Shown: piece after piece, positions 38,493 through 51,859 of the stretch | Position numbering within the stretch: the first letter of the stretch is position 1 | Layout of the letters: each line of letters opens with the position of its first letter | Assembly (NCBI RefSeq): GCF_004010195.1 | Contig: NC_057751.1 | Location: 14,114,812 to 14,178,811 of the forward strand | Direction of reading: 5' to 3' | From: Chiloscyllium plagiosum | Taxonomy: Eukaryota | DNA: 64,000 nt | Position numbers and translations under genes: made by a program | The notes under the pieces: generated by a model | The model's database searches: none | Told to the model about the DNA's origin: nothing | The model's input: the letters and a program-made list of their open reading frames with translations, nothing else

Positions 38493-39283
38493 ATGTTGTG
38501 GTTCTGTTCGCCGAGCTGGAAGTTTTTGTTGCAAACGTTTCGTCCCCTGGCTAGGCGACATCATCAGTGTTTGGGAGCCTCCTGCGAAGCGCTTCTTTGA
38601 TGTTCCCTCTGGTGTTTATAATGGTGTGTCCCTGCCGCTTCCGGTTGTCAGTTTCAGCAGTCCGCTGTAGTGGTTGGTATATTGGGCAACATGAGCAAAA
38701 CTAATGTAGTGTAAAAATACCATGCAAGGACTGCACAAAACACGATATAGGACAAACAGGAAGACAGCTAACAATCCACATACATGAACATCAACTAGCC
38801 ACGAAACGACACGAACAGCTATCCTTAGTAGCCACACACGCAGACAACAAGCAACATGAACTCGACTGGGACAACACTACTATCATAGGGCAAGCCAGAC
38901 AGAGAACAGCCAGGGAATTCATAGAGGCATGGCATNNNNNNNNNNNNNNNNNNNNNNNNNNNNNNNNNNNNNNNNNNNNNNNNNNNNNNNNNNNNNNNNN
39001 NNNNNNNNNNNNNNNNNNNNNNNNNNNNNGTTGTCAGTTTCAGCTGTCCACTGTAGTGGTTGGTATATTGGGTCCAGGTCGTCTTCTTTTTGCAGTTCTG
39101 GTGTACTGCAGTGTGTTGTGGCCCTTTTGAATAGTGTCCTGATGCAGCTTCATTTGTGTGTGTTGGGGTGGTTACTTTCATAGTTTAGGACTTGGTCTGT
39201 GTGTGTGGCTTTCCTGTATACCCTTGTAGTGAATTGTCCGTTCGGTGTTCTCTGTATCATCACGTCCAGGAATGGGAGTTGGC
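38493..39283. mobile_element. Rearranged PLE: inverted pLTR, GIY-YIG endonuclease fragment (+) and RT C-terminal fragment (-)
   Basis: The plus strand at 38690-38935 reads NVV/KIPCKDCTKHDIGQTGRQLTIHIHEHQLATKRH...AREFIEAWH (GIY-YIG, with one frameshift). The minus strand at 39085-39283 reads QLPFLDVMIQRTPNGQFTTRVYRKATHTDQVLNYESNHPNTHK. A 94-N gap lies inside. Confidence 0.88.
38528..38570 (-). ncRNA. Minimal type I hammerhead ribozyme-like motif
   Basis: The minus strand reads CA-CTGATGA-T-GTCGCCT-AGCC-AGGGGAC-GAAACGTT-TG. Stem II pairs at 6 of 7 positions and stem III is the palindrome ACGT. Confidence 0.65.
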
Positions 39284-39295
39284 TATCCTTTTCTT

Positions 39296-39765
39296 ACCAG
39301 AATGTTGCCAAGGGTGGAGAGTTTGAGTTCTCTGGACAAGCTGAATAGACTGGGGCTATTTTCCCTGGAGTGTCAGAGGCTGAGGGGTGACCTTACAGAT
39401 ATCTATGAAATCATGAGGAGGCATGGATAGGTTAAATAGACAAGGTCTTTTCCCCAGTGTGCGAGGTCCAGATTGAGAGGGCGTAGGTTCAAGGTGATAA
39501 GGGGAAGCTAGTAAAGGGACTTAAGGGGCAACTTTTTCACACAGAGGGTGGTGCATTTATTGAATGAGCTGCCAGAGGAAGTGGTGGAGGCTGGTACAAT
39601 GACAAAATTTAAAAGGCATCTGGATGGATATATGAATAAGAAGGGTTGAGAGGGAAATGGGCCAAATCCTGGCAAATGGGATGAGATTAGTTTAGTATAT
39701 CTCATCAACATTGACGTGTTGGACCGAAGGGTCTGTTTCCATGCTGAATGTCCCCTGTGACTCTA
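39296..39765 (+). mobile_element. HER1/CR1 LINE 3' portion
   Basis: Peptide TRMLPRVESLSSLDKLNRLGLFSLECQRLRGDL followed by the 3' UTR. Confidence 0.92.
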
Positions 39766-42700
39766 AGTTGGTGTGGAACACACTTGGCGAAAGGCTGGTG
39801 TGAGCAGCCAGAATTAACTTTCAAACAAGATTTTGATACTTCATTAAGAGGGAAAGATGTACAGAATTATTGGGAAAGGAGACAAGAGTGTGGGACTACT
39901 TGGAACTGTGTTCACAGAGCTCTGTGAGATTGATGGATTGGTTTACTTCTCTACAGCATCATATGCACAAACTGTAACTTGCTAAACACTAAATATGATG
40001 GGTTTGAAAATAAAAACAGTTTGACAATTAACTCAACATTTAACAGATTTCTTCCTTTTTGATCTTGACAGATGTTTCAAATTGTATTTGCAGGGGATTC
40101 CTTTTAAAAAGAATCCTTCGTTGTATATTTTCTGCTCGAAGGATAGTGAAATAATTTTCTATAAATAAAACTTGATACAGATCAGAAGACATATTAACAG
40201 GAATAATGCTGCTCAGTTGGACTCATTTCATCCTGTTGTACCATTGTAGGAATAGCTGTTTGAAGATTGAAGCATTGCTTGAAACCAATTGGAAAATTGT
40301 GGTTTAAATGCATATCAGATTGCAGCCAATAATTTAACTTGTTGATCCTGTGTTTTATATGGACTAACTCTGTGTCATTGACTTGGGAATGCTCAACACT
40401 ACAATTCAGCTGAAACTGTCATGATAGTTTATTTAGTCTACAGTCTCAGTGCATGGGTGTTAAATTCTTCGCGACAGGTCCACTTTGTCTCCAGTAATTC
40501 GCCCAATAATACATCTATACTGTGGTCCTTGAAGGAGAATTTTAAGCTCCCAAATGATGATTAGTACTTCAGATGTCTGCATTCCTGAAAATTCACTGGT
40601 CAGAGTACCATCAGTGCTGATCCCTGGCCAGGTGAATGCAGTTGGCTTCGGATAACTAAGATGTGAAGAAAATGTTAGTGTCTCTGATCTTGGTGGCAGG
40701 AGGAAACCACACAGGACCTGTTGAATGAAGGCAGGTTTGGGTGTGCCTGCCAGATCTCCTCTGGTAAAATAACTACAGACTCACTGCTATAGGTTCGCAA
40801 ATGAGCTGTTTAGACAATTTCTGGTTGGGTCCCTGTTTGTTCAGGAAGCACTGTTTTGAGGAGGGTGGACAGGATAGAGTTCATGTAGATTATGGCATGG
40901 TTTTATAACTGAAGTCATGAATTCAATGTGTCGGTGTGTGGTGTGCAGTGGGACCTGCAGGTGATGGTGTTCCCAAGTATTTCCTGCGCTTCCCCTTCGA
41001 GACTGAAGTTGTTCTGGGTTTCAAAGGTATTGTCAATGGATCTTTGGTTAATTTCTGCAGTGCATATGTGGACATTTAGACCTTGAGGCTGAACAAAATG
41101 AATTCTGTTCTTAATTATTCCTTGCATGCATTTACTGTATGAAATTTCCAGAAGGAATCAATGGTTCGAGACCCAGAGTTGGAAATCTGTGAAGAAATGT
41201 TGGATGGTCTGTCTTGCACAGTCTGGTTATGTGCTGCCTTTAACTAGAATGATTGGATAAATCTTGGCAAGTTTTGGTTGCTTCTGCATTTGTCAGCCTA
41301 TTCACTTTGGATAGATGATGTTTATTTTTGTCTCTTCAGTTTGGGCAGATTTCCTGACACTGGAAAATCCCTTCTGTGAGCCAGTTTGTGCGCATATGCA
41401 AATCCGCATGGGCCAAGTTGAAGTTCAACATTTTCTCAATAAATGGATCTTTGTGTAATGGAAGTACCTGTCTACAGTTTTGGTTACCTGTCTGTAGTTT
41501 ATTAAAAAGGTGCTAAGTGTAAATTTGCAGGAGAAAATCTTTGTGTCACACTCATATCATGTGCACAGACTCAAGTAAAGCATCCTGATGAAATTTACAT
41601 CAGAACATGGACTTGGCGTGTCTTCTCCAATTATGAATATTTTATTAAGATGTGACTTGCCAAGTGTTTTATAAGGTCCCATAATATTCTTACTCGTAGC
41701 TTAGATTTTCAATGAATTTGAAAAAGGATTATTTTTATAAGCTAACTTCAGGATGATATTTGTTGATCCCACAGGAGTTCAGGAGATCAGTGTAACTTGT
41801 GAACTATTTGTTTATTGTGGCCACATTTTGAGTAGCAGCATGGATGTTGGACAGAAGTGAGAGATCATCTCTGTTTGAGGAGGCAGGGATGTCATCAGTG
41901 AAGATACTTATTGATCTCAATGGTTGAGGCATGATACAATTCCACTGCCTTGGTACAATAATTTTGATCTCAGAAACGCAACTCACCTCTTCTAACCTGT
42001 TGTATTACAAGGCCTTTCCTGTTCAGAGTTTTTGGAAATGACCTGAGGTTTCAAGTCAGGGCTTTAGGCAGCGAGTTTTAATCAAGTGACTCGTTTGAAC
42101 TCAATATTCTTTCAAGTATTGCTGGTGTGCTATTCAATTGTTGAGAGTCAACCTTTTCCCAAAGCATCAATTACTTGAGCTGCTTCAGCTGGAAGTGTGC
42201 TTACAGTTTATTTTTCACCATAGTCCAGTTAGTATTGCTGACTCAGCCTTCGGGGATTGTGTTGACACAGTTTGTGTCAAACCTGTGGATTGAGGGATGC
42301 TAATTTGCAGCTGTGGCTGGTGTAACTATGACTCAGTGCTGTGTTGCTGGTTATATGGCATTTAAGTGTTTAGCACCTGGAGGAGAAGAACTTGGGCTTT
42401 GATTTGTGATTTAATCTGCTTTTGCTGAAGGATGGATTCTTTCTTAGTGGTTTGAATTGATTTATAAGTTAGTTTATTTGAAGATCTATATATTTTGTAG
42501 TTTACCAGCATCACTATTTGGATCCAAAAACCGTGTTGAAATGCTTTCAATTAAAGCTGTGGAACAGGGAAAGGTCTCTTAGTTCCTGGCCCCTCTTAAA
42601 GCTGTTTCCTCAGCTTCGAGGAGATGCCAAAGAGTCAACAAGGTGACCAGGAATTCTGTTGAAGTGTATTGAAACATTCATTTGGTGTAATGAACACTGG

Positions 42701-44344
42701 CTTCAGTGCCTCTGAGTTGGCTGAGAGTGACTGATGGCTTGTTACATGTGAGGGTCAGCAGTACCAAGCATTGTAAAGTATCTTCCCCCTTGTTGTGGCT
42801 GTGAAGCTCTGGAGGTGAAGCTTAGCATGTTGCTCCAGTGTAACTCTGTGTTACCAGAAAGGGCCAGTGGAGAGAAGCCACTGCCGAGAGTAGTCTTTCA
42901 GCCAAAGTGCCTTCAGGATTGGTAACTTTTGAGACCAGCTCAGGCACATAGTATATGTCGCAGGTGTTGCAATTGGATTGAGTCACCTAAAAATTCAGTG
43001 GCGAAAAATTATAATTGACTGCATTTTCTGAAATGGACACTTGGAAATGTTTTGCAATGTACTTGTTTTTTTTTTTGCAAAGCAAATGCAATTTTGCACC
43101 TACAAGAAAATAAATCGAGAACCAGTCTGCTGGCTGAAAATTGAGCACAGAAAAGAAAGCAAGTGCATATGGCTGTGTTTGTAGAACTGATTGCGGTTCC
43201 AATTTTGTTCTTTGTCACATGACGTTTGCTGGGTATCATGCATGAGTGCAGTAATTTAGCTTTAAGGATTTGGTTCAAATTTCATTGACAGTGCCCTTCA
43301 GCTAAATGTTTTCCTGTCGAAAATCAGGAAGGTATAAATCCTACATGAAATTAATACGAGTCATAATGTACCTTAACTATGTTTGGTTGAAGTGTATATT
43401 GCATAATAAGATAGTCATTGAATTACTGAAATAGCGCAGAAGACAGAATTGTTGCTCAGTAAGTATAGCAGGCATCTAACATGTTCTTGTGGGTTGGACA
43501 CGTTTATTTGACTTGGATGTCAGTCGCATGCAAAGGTCATTTTTAATAATTGAATATAAATTGGAATTTTGTCTTCCCAGATTGAATCTGGTGCATCTAT
43601 TTTGATTATCGTCAGGGGAAATAATTAAGCATATGACTGTCACTGGTAGAGTCAAGATTAATTGGAGGGGCGTGAGTGTTGTGGCTCTGTGTGGCAGTCC
43701 TGTTTGTAGGAGAGGAATAGTGCATATATCGTTGAGTGCCAATCTAAGCTGTGTCATCCAGCAGACACTTAATGGATCATGTGGCAGTCACAAGACAGTC
43801 AGAATATTGGCTGTGTGCATGCCCACTGGGATCTTTGCAGTGTTCTTCTTAATGCATGGATGGTCGGACAATGTCATGTGTGTGAGCTTCATTTATTACC
43901 CAAAGTTCCTTCCATTTATTGTGTGAGGTACATTGCACTGAGGTACATTTTTGTTGAAGTAAGAAAGTGATGACAATTTGGCAGAGCTAAAAAAAAAAGG
44001 TGACGTGCACCGGAATAAGTTTTCTTGTATCCGATAACCGTGATTCTAACATTTTGATTGGTTTCTGATTTGAGTTCTGGACCAAACAGCTCAGTTAGAC
44101 TCAAATGCGGATCCAGATATGTATGTTTCAATATCCTAAAACACAGGACCGAGTGAGAGTTGACCTTCAATAGGAACAAAAACACTGACAAAACTCAGTC
44201 AGTCAGGCAACATGCGTGGAAAGAAACAGAATTCATGTTTTAGTACCTGAAACATGAGCTCAATTTCGTTTTGCAGATGCTGTCTGACCACCCAAATTTA
44301 TTGGTAGATTTATGTATGTTACAGCATAATTACAAAGCATGCTT

Positions 44345-44566
44345 GGGATTAGTTAGCTCAGTTGGCTGGACAGTTGATTTGCCAAGAGTGATGCCAACAG
44401 TATGGGTTCAACTTCTGCACTGACTGACGTCACCATGAAAGTGCCCACTTTCTGAACTTTGCCTGAGGCATGGTGACCCTGTGGTTAAACTCACAACCAG
44501 TAATCTGTCTCTCCATGATGAGAAAGTAGCCCAGTGCGTCTCTGGAGCCAGGATGATTTCACCTTC
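44345..44566 (+). mobile_element. tRNA-derived SINE (second family)
   Basis: A-box TAGCTCAGTTGG and B-box-like GGTTCAACTTC. The body differs from HE1. Confidence 0.6.
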
Positions 44567-46739
44567 CTTGATTTTTACCTTCGCAAAGCATGCATGCAGA
44601 TCCTGGAAACAGCGTAGAGAATGTTGTTTGAACTTGGACCTTTCATGCACTTGGGCAAAGAAATTCCAAGGAACTTTTAAATCTCTTATGAATTGTAACT
44701 GGATTAATTGAAGTTTTAGAAGCCGGGAGCTTCGAATTGTCTGAGTGAAACTCAAAGATACTATTGCCGATTTTGAAAATGGTCACTTGTGTTTTAATCC
44801 ATCGATGCTACTTTGGCCATTTTGAGCAATAATGTTCACAGAATGGGATTAATTGTCATGTTATGGCTGCAACTCTATTGACGTAGAATCTCATCAGATG
44901 ATAGCCAATCGCACGACCAATGTGTGTTTAATGAGAATCTCTTTAAGACGCAGCAATGCATGAAAATGATGTTGTCAACAACCAAGTTTATGTTCATTGG
45001 TGACACCTCAACACCAGGAAATGTTTCCTGGAAACTTCAAGTAGTTTCTAATATATACTGTTATTTAATGTATATCTGGAGGTGGAGCTTTGATTTTCCC
45101 TGTGTTTCTCACGTATTTATTTCACACTGGTTGTCAGGAAACCGGTAGGGATGTACTGATAACAAATACGCTGTAGGAGATTTCAGACTTGAGCTCCTGC
45201 ACTTTAGTGACACCAAAGCTTTCCTTCAACCAGTTGTTCGTCTAAAACTGATATCCATCAATGTAATTGAGGTGAAGGAGGAGGGAACCCGATCCATTGT
45301 AACTGTTCAAGTGGATCCAGTACAAAAATATGATACTTCCATCGTTCAAATTCCACTGACAAGCGCATCATTATTGTGGAAAATCTGCTCCATGTTTGTA
45401 TTTGTATATGTCATGGACGTCCTATTTGACCATTAACAAATATTTCAAGAATTCTAGGAATCAAGTGATCATTGTGGTGTCACTTGGGTTATGATGATCT
45501 CGAGTTCTAAGTCCCCCAAACTGAACAACTGATGAGAACACAGTTTTGGGAGTATTCTAACTTGATGAGCTTATATTTAAATTGTAACTATATTCATGGT
45601 TCTTCAGCAACAGCAAATGCTCTCTTTTCTCTACTGTGCGGCATGGCTTATGTGCCTCTTCAAGCTGAATATGTATTCTCCACATTGGTCCGGTGCACGA
45701 TGATTGCGGTATAGGACGTCTGAGTGTCACCTCGTACAACTCCAGCTAATAATAGGTATGAGACCACACGGATTGGGTTTTGCTGGAAGTTTAGAAGTAA
45801 CTCCCAATGAAATTCAGAAACACTGTGGGCCGTCAGAATTAACAATTGAGCTTTTCTTATTATTGGGTGTGATCAATATTTTCAGCAATTTCACATGTAC
45901 TTCAGAATGTACCTGAATATGAAAGAACAATAAGTGTATGCAGGTTCTGCTTATTGGATGTTAGTTTGTAAACATGTTACTGGTCATTGAACAGTAGAAG
46001 ATTCCCATTGGTTAACTGATAATGATTCTGATTTCCATGAAATGTCAGCTACTCAATTGACACAATGTCTGAATCAATCCCTTCTGCAGTCGAGTTTACA
46101 TGGCACCTGGAAAATGTGGAGATGTCAGGTGCTCCTTTTTATCCAATGCTGATCATGCCGCTTTGAAAATGCTCTTTGTTGTTATATTGGATAATCGTGC
46201 ATTGTTACACGAGCCAGTTGAAGGTGCTTCTATTTTAGTGATTGTTAACCAACGTTTTTATTAAACTTCAGTCGGCTGGATTATTGTCTGGAGTCAATCA
46301 AACAACCAACTGGGACATGATTGGGCACATGTGAGAGATTGAGAACTGTTAAATTTCAGAGGCCTAATGTGGTATGACAGTTGATTTGGGAAATGACTAA
46401 CACTGCGTGGCTTAGCATTGAAGTCAAAATAACATACCGATTATGATAGCTGGAGTTAGAAATTGTTTCTGTGAAAGCATAATTTGGCAATAACAATGAC
46501 TTTCACTGATATTAGTATCTTGGTAGTGAATCAGAATCACTATTGGGATCAAAAATATATTATTGTTTATATAAGTGCCTTCAATGAAAGCCTATGGAAC
46601 AGGAAAAGATATCTTGGCTCCTGGCCTCTCCCAGTGCTGTTTGTTTTCCCAGCTTCTGTCTTCAACATAACATAACAAATGTAGATAATAATATTTAGAA
46701 AGGGATATTTGCATAGATGACCAAATCTTGTGGAAGAAG

Positions 46740-47990
46740 GAGGTTTTATTGCAGAATCCTTCTCTTAAAAGGAAACAGAGAGCCAAGAGGTTTGGGGGAG
46801 AAAGTTCCCAAGTTCAGGGACGAGGCAGCTGAGACATGGCCACAATTGGTAATGATTACAAGAGAGGCCTGAAATGACAGAGATCTTCCGAATTGTACAA
46901 CTGCAGGAGAAGGCCATGGAAGGATTTGAAAGCACTCGTGAATTTTTAAATGGATGTATTGCTTGAACCATTGCAGTTTAGTGAGCACAGGAATATGGGA
47001 GAAAGACATTCTGTGTAAGTTCGAGTATGGACATCACAGCTTTGAATGACCTCAAGTTTGCTGAGAGTAAAATTAGTGGAATTAGCCAAAAGTGCATTGC
47101 AGTAATCAGATCTAGCAGTAGAGGCATAGATGAGAATTTCAGGCACACCAAAGCTGAGATCAAGTGATGGAAACAGTCAAATTTAATGGTAGTCATGATA
47201 TGTTGTAATTGGAGCCTCAACTTGTGGGTCAGCTATAAGACTCAGGTTGCGCACAGTCTGCCTGAGCTACAGACTGTTGCAAGTGAATGGGAATGTAATA
47301 AGGGAGTGAGGTATGTGATGGGATTCATAGAGAACAGCTTGTATCCTTCTCAGGGTTTAATTGTATGTGAGACAAGTGGTCTGCAACAGTTTAAAGTCGA
47401 AACGTGTGGTGCTGGCAAAGCACAACCGGACAGGCAGCATCTGAGGAGCAGGAGAGTCGCTGGTTCGAGCATGAGCTCTTCAGGGCTCTAAACAGCCCTG
47501 CTTATGCTCGAAACGTCGACTCTCCTGCTCCTCACGCTGCCTGACCGGCTGTGCTTTTCCAGCACCACATGTTTTGACTCTCATCTCCAGCATCTGCTAA
47601 CCTCACGTTCTCCTGCAACAGTTTAAAGACCGTAGAAAGCTCAAGGGCTCATTCGAGGTGTAGTGCATTTGTGCTTTGAATTGTCTGGGTGTATATATTG
47701 GTGCTAAAACTTTTCAGTGCTATTGCCAAAGGCTTGCAAAATGGGTGAGGATCAAAGAAAAGGGAAGCACTTTAGGTAAAGGTATGGGAGCAGGAGAAGG
47801 AAGTAGGGAACGATGCTAGTTCAGGGTTATGTCTGATAGGAATCTTGCAAAAAGGAAGGGAGAAAGGGGACACACCAGGGATCTGAACAGATAGTCTTGA
47901 ATTTGGTCAGAAAAATATCTATGAACTCACTGACTTGTTAGCTGGAGTGTTGGCAGAGTGGAGAAGCCTCACATGGGTAGTTTTGGTGAT
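46740..47990 (-). mobile_element. Old L2 LINE fragment, interrupted at 47381-47628
   Basis: Peptide EILIYASTARSDYCNALLANSTNFTLSKLEVIQ resembles L2 ETLIHAFVTSRLDYCNALL...KLQLIQN. Confidence 0.75.
47397..47612 (+). mobile_element. Palindromic PLE-derived insertion with a perfect 16-bp TSD
   Basis: TSD CTGCAACAGTTTAAAG at 47381-47396 and 47613-47628. Inverted arms of about 80 bp and a unique 3' tail. Confidence 0.88.
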
Positions 47991-48488
47991 CTTGAGCACC
48001 TGATAATTATTTATTATCCGCTGGCTGGGTGAACCAATTGTCTGTCAAAGATGTTCAAATTTGAATCCCTTGGACTTAAGGGAGTGAAGATGGGAGACAA
48101 AATAGTTCCAGTTTGCTGATGGGTTCCCTGTAAACTGTATGAGCAAATTACATGAATGCAATTTTTTTAAAGATTGTGCATCACTCACATAACTATGCTG
48201 CAAAATGTTTTCAGCTGAAGTGTAATGGCATGGTATTCTGGCCGTTAGTGCAAGGAGTAGTGCATACAAGAGAAATGGGGCTTCTCTTGTATTTTAGCCA
48301 CAGCACTTGGGAAGATCAAGACAGGACATCAAAAGTCTCCATTTGCAATCATTCAACGGAGCAAATGCTGCTCCCTCCAAATGCTTCGTGTGTGAAACAT
48401 TGATCGTTAGTACATATCCTCTTGTGAAGGATGGGAGATGATCTTTCACAAAGGGAGCTGTTTACAACAAAGCTTACTTTCTTCTTCT

Positions 48489-51190
48489 CAAAGAACAAAG
48501 AAAATTACAGCATAGGAACAGGCCCTTCGGCCTTTCAAGCCTGCGCTGATCCAGATCCTCTATTTAAACCTATTGCCTATATTGTAAGGATCTGTGTCCC
48601 TCCACGCTCCCTACCCATTTGTGTATCTCTCCAGATACATCTGAAATGACACTATCGTGCACGCCTCTACCACCTCCACTTGCAACATGTTCTAGGCACC
48701 CACCACACGCTGCGTGAAGAACTTTCCACTCATATCTCCCAGAAACGGCTCCATTTCGGAATGGCAGGCAGTGACCAGTGGGGTACCACAGGGATCAGTG
48801 CTGGGACCACAGCTTTTTACAATATATGTTAATGATATAGAAGATGGTATTAGTAATAACATTAGCAAATTTGCTGATGATACTAAGCTGGGTGGCAGGG
48901 TGAAATGTGAGGAGGATGTTAGGAAATTACAGGGTGACCTGTACAGGTTAGGTGAGTGGTCAGATGCATGGCAGATGCAGTTTAATGTGAATAAATGTAT
49001 GGGTAATCCACTTTGGTGGCAAGAACAGGAAGGCAGATTACTACCTAAATGGAATCAATTTAGGTAAAGGGGCAGTACAGAGAGATCTGGGTGTTCTTGT
49101 ACACCAGTCAATGAAGGTAAGCATGCAGGTACAGCAGGCCTACTGGCCTTCATAACAAGAGGGATTGAGTATAGAAGCAAAGAGGTTCTTCTCCAGCTGT
49201 ACAGGGCCCTGGTGAGACCACACCTGGAGTATTGTGTGCAGTTCTGTCTCCAAATTTGAGGAAAGACATTCTGGCCAGCGTAGTTCACGAGGTCAATTCC
49301 TGGAATGGCAGGACTAACTTACGCTGAAAGACTGTATACCCTTGAGTTTAGAAGACTGAGAGGGGATCTGATTGAGACATATAAAATTATTAAAGGATTG
49401 GACACTCTGGAGGCAGGAAACATGTTTCCGCTGATGGGTAAGTGCCTAACCAGAGGACACAGCTTAAAAATATGGGGTAGACCATTTAGGACAGAGATGA
49501 GGAGAAACATCTTCACCCAGAGAGTGGTGGCTGTGTGGAATGCTCTGCCCCAGAGGGCAGTGGAGGCCCAGTTTCTGGATTCATTTAAGAAAGAGCTGGA
49601 TAGAGCTCTCAAGGATAGTGGAATCCAGGGTTATGGAGGTAAGGCAGGAACAGGATACTGATTAAGGATGATCAGCCATGATCATATTGAATGGTGGTGC
49701 AGGCTCAAAGGGCAGAATGGCCTACTCCTGCACCTATTATCTATTGAAACTTTTCCTTGCTGTCCACTCTGTTTATACCTCTCGTCCCTCAACCTCTCGT
49801 CCCTTAGTATCATCTGCAAACTTGCTAATTAGACCACCTCTACCTTCTTCGAGATCATTTATGTCTATCACAAACAACAGTGGTCCCAGCACAGGTTCCA
49901 TTTTGAGAAACTCCCTTCCACTACTACTTTCTGTCTCTTGTTGCCCAGCCAGTTCACTAACCATCTAACTAGTACACCCTTTGTCTTACTGAAGTCCATG
50001 TACATGCCATCTACAGCCCTTCCCTCATCAATCAACTTGGTCACTTCTTCAAAGAATTCTATTAAGTTGGCATGACATGACCTTCCCTGCACAAAACAAT
50101 GCTGCCTATCGCGGATAAGCCCATTTTCTTCCAAATGGGAATAGATCCTATCCCTCAGTATCCTCTCCAGCACCCCCCCTAGCACTGACATCAAGTTCAC
50201 CGATCTATAGTTACCTGGATTATCCCTGCTACCCTTCTTACAGAAGGGGAAAGCATTAGCAATTCTCCAGTTCTCCAGGACCTCACCTGTGTTCAAGGAA
50301 GATACAAAGATATCTGTTAAGGCTCCAGCTATTTCCTTTCTCGCTTTCCTCAGTAACCTGGGATCGATCCCACCCGGTCCTGGGGACTTGTCCACCTTAA
50401 TGCCTTTTCGAATATCCAACGCTTCTTCCCTCATTATGCCGACTTGACCGAGAGTAATCTATCCCTCACCTCACATCCATCATGTCCCTCTCCTCGGTGA
50501 ATGCTGAAGCAAAGTGCTCATTAAGAATCTCACCCACTGACTCCACGCATAGCTTTCCTCCTTTGTCCTCCTTTCTCTTGTTACCCGCTTGCTCCTTATG
50601 TCTGAATAAAAGGCATTTGGATTTTCCTTAACCCTGTTTGCGAAAGATACTTTCTGACCACTTTTAGCTCTCTTAATTCCTCGATTCACATTGTTCCTAC
50701 TTTCCCGATATTCTTCCAAAGGTTTGTCTGTTTTCAGTCACCTAGATCTTTATCTGTGCTTCCTTTTTCCTCTCAGCTAGTCTCACAATTTCACCTGTCA
50801 TGCATAGTTCCCTAATCTTGCCGTTTCTGTCCCTTATTTTCACATGGACAATTCTGTTCTGCATGCTAATCAACCTCTCTTCAAATGTGGATTTACCCTC
50901 AAACAGTTGCTCCTAACCCATATTCCCCAGCTACTGCCGAATTTTGGGACGGTTGACTTCCCCCCAATTTAGCACTCTTCCATTAGGACCACTCTCGTCT
51001 TTGTCCGTGAGTTTTCTAAAACTTAGGGAATTGTTATCACTATTTCCAAAGGAATTCCCTATTGAAACTTCAACCACCTGGTCGGGATCATTCCCCAACA
51101 CCAGATGGACCCCCTCCCTACTTAGCCTTCCCTGGTTCTTTCCCCGAGATTGCTCAATTGCCTGGAATAAAATTCTTGGAAGCAGCCACA
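48489..51190 (-). mobile_element. Older CR1 LINE (minus strand) split by a younger CR1
   Basis: The 3' end is at 48489-48740. The ORF2 fragment DKSPGPGGIDPRLLR...NYRSVNLMSVLG...MYMDFSK lies at 49980-50434. Confidence 0.9.
48743..49746 (+). mobile_element. Younger CR1 LINE 3' portion nested in the opposite orientation
   Basis: Peptide SEWQAVTSGVPQGSVLGPQLFTIYVNDIEDGISNNISKFADDTKLGG and a tail ending CTATTATCTATTG. Confidence 0.95.
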
Positions 51191-51859
51191 TTTACTTAAA
51201 CATTCTCACAGTTAGAGAGTAACAGGACCCCAAGCCCCAGTCTAAGTGGAGGATCTAAAACCTCAGCAGAGTAGCAGAACCAGCACTTATCAACCTTGTG
51301 CTCTCTCAGACTACTCCAAAAATGGCACTCATAATCTTTAGTATTGTTACAGTTTTTGCCCACTAAACATGTCAATCAAACTTATGCTGACAAACATGAC
51401 ATTGTCCCCACATTCCTGCTTGCTTGTGATGAACGTGTGAGCCTTATGATCCCATTACTAGACTCGGGTGATGCCATTAAGTGTTGATATCCTTTAAAGT
51501 TTGGTCACCTACTCATTACCTCATGTCCTTGTTTAAACCTCATTACTGATTTTTTAAATATATGTCTTAAAACCATTCGTCATTGTTTTCCACCTCACAT
51601 GCTTGGTCAGTAAACTCTATTCAAACCCCTATTGTCTTTCCTCGTAGGTACTTGAAGTGAACTGTTAAAGGCTTTTGTTCCTTCTTAATGACTAAATGTT
51701 AAGCTTCATAACTGCCTAAATTTGTTATTGCACAGAGCTAGACTTCCTGCTTTTCCCAGCAACATTATGTTTCTTGATACTTGTTCCTTTTGCTTTATTT
51801 GTAAAATTCTTTGGGTTCTTTAATTTTATGCTTTCCCTTCGTGTCCTTTCTCAAGCAGG

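Noticed and set aside
44345..44420. tRNA gene
   Set aside because: A and B boxes are present, but I cannot fold a cloverleaf and the sequence continues into a SINE body. The same applies to the heads at 3050-3118, 20860 and 29840-29911.
45149..45436. Stop-free plus frame of about 95 codons (NKYAVGDFRLELLHFSDTKAF...)
   Set aside because: No good splice sites or early start codon and no recognisable homology. Such a frame is expected by chance in 64 kb.
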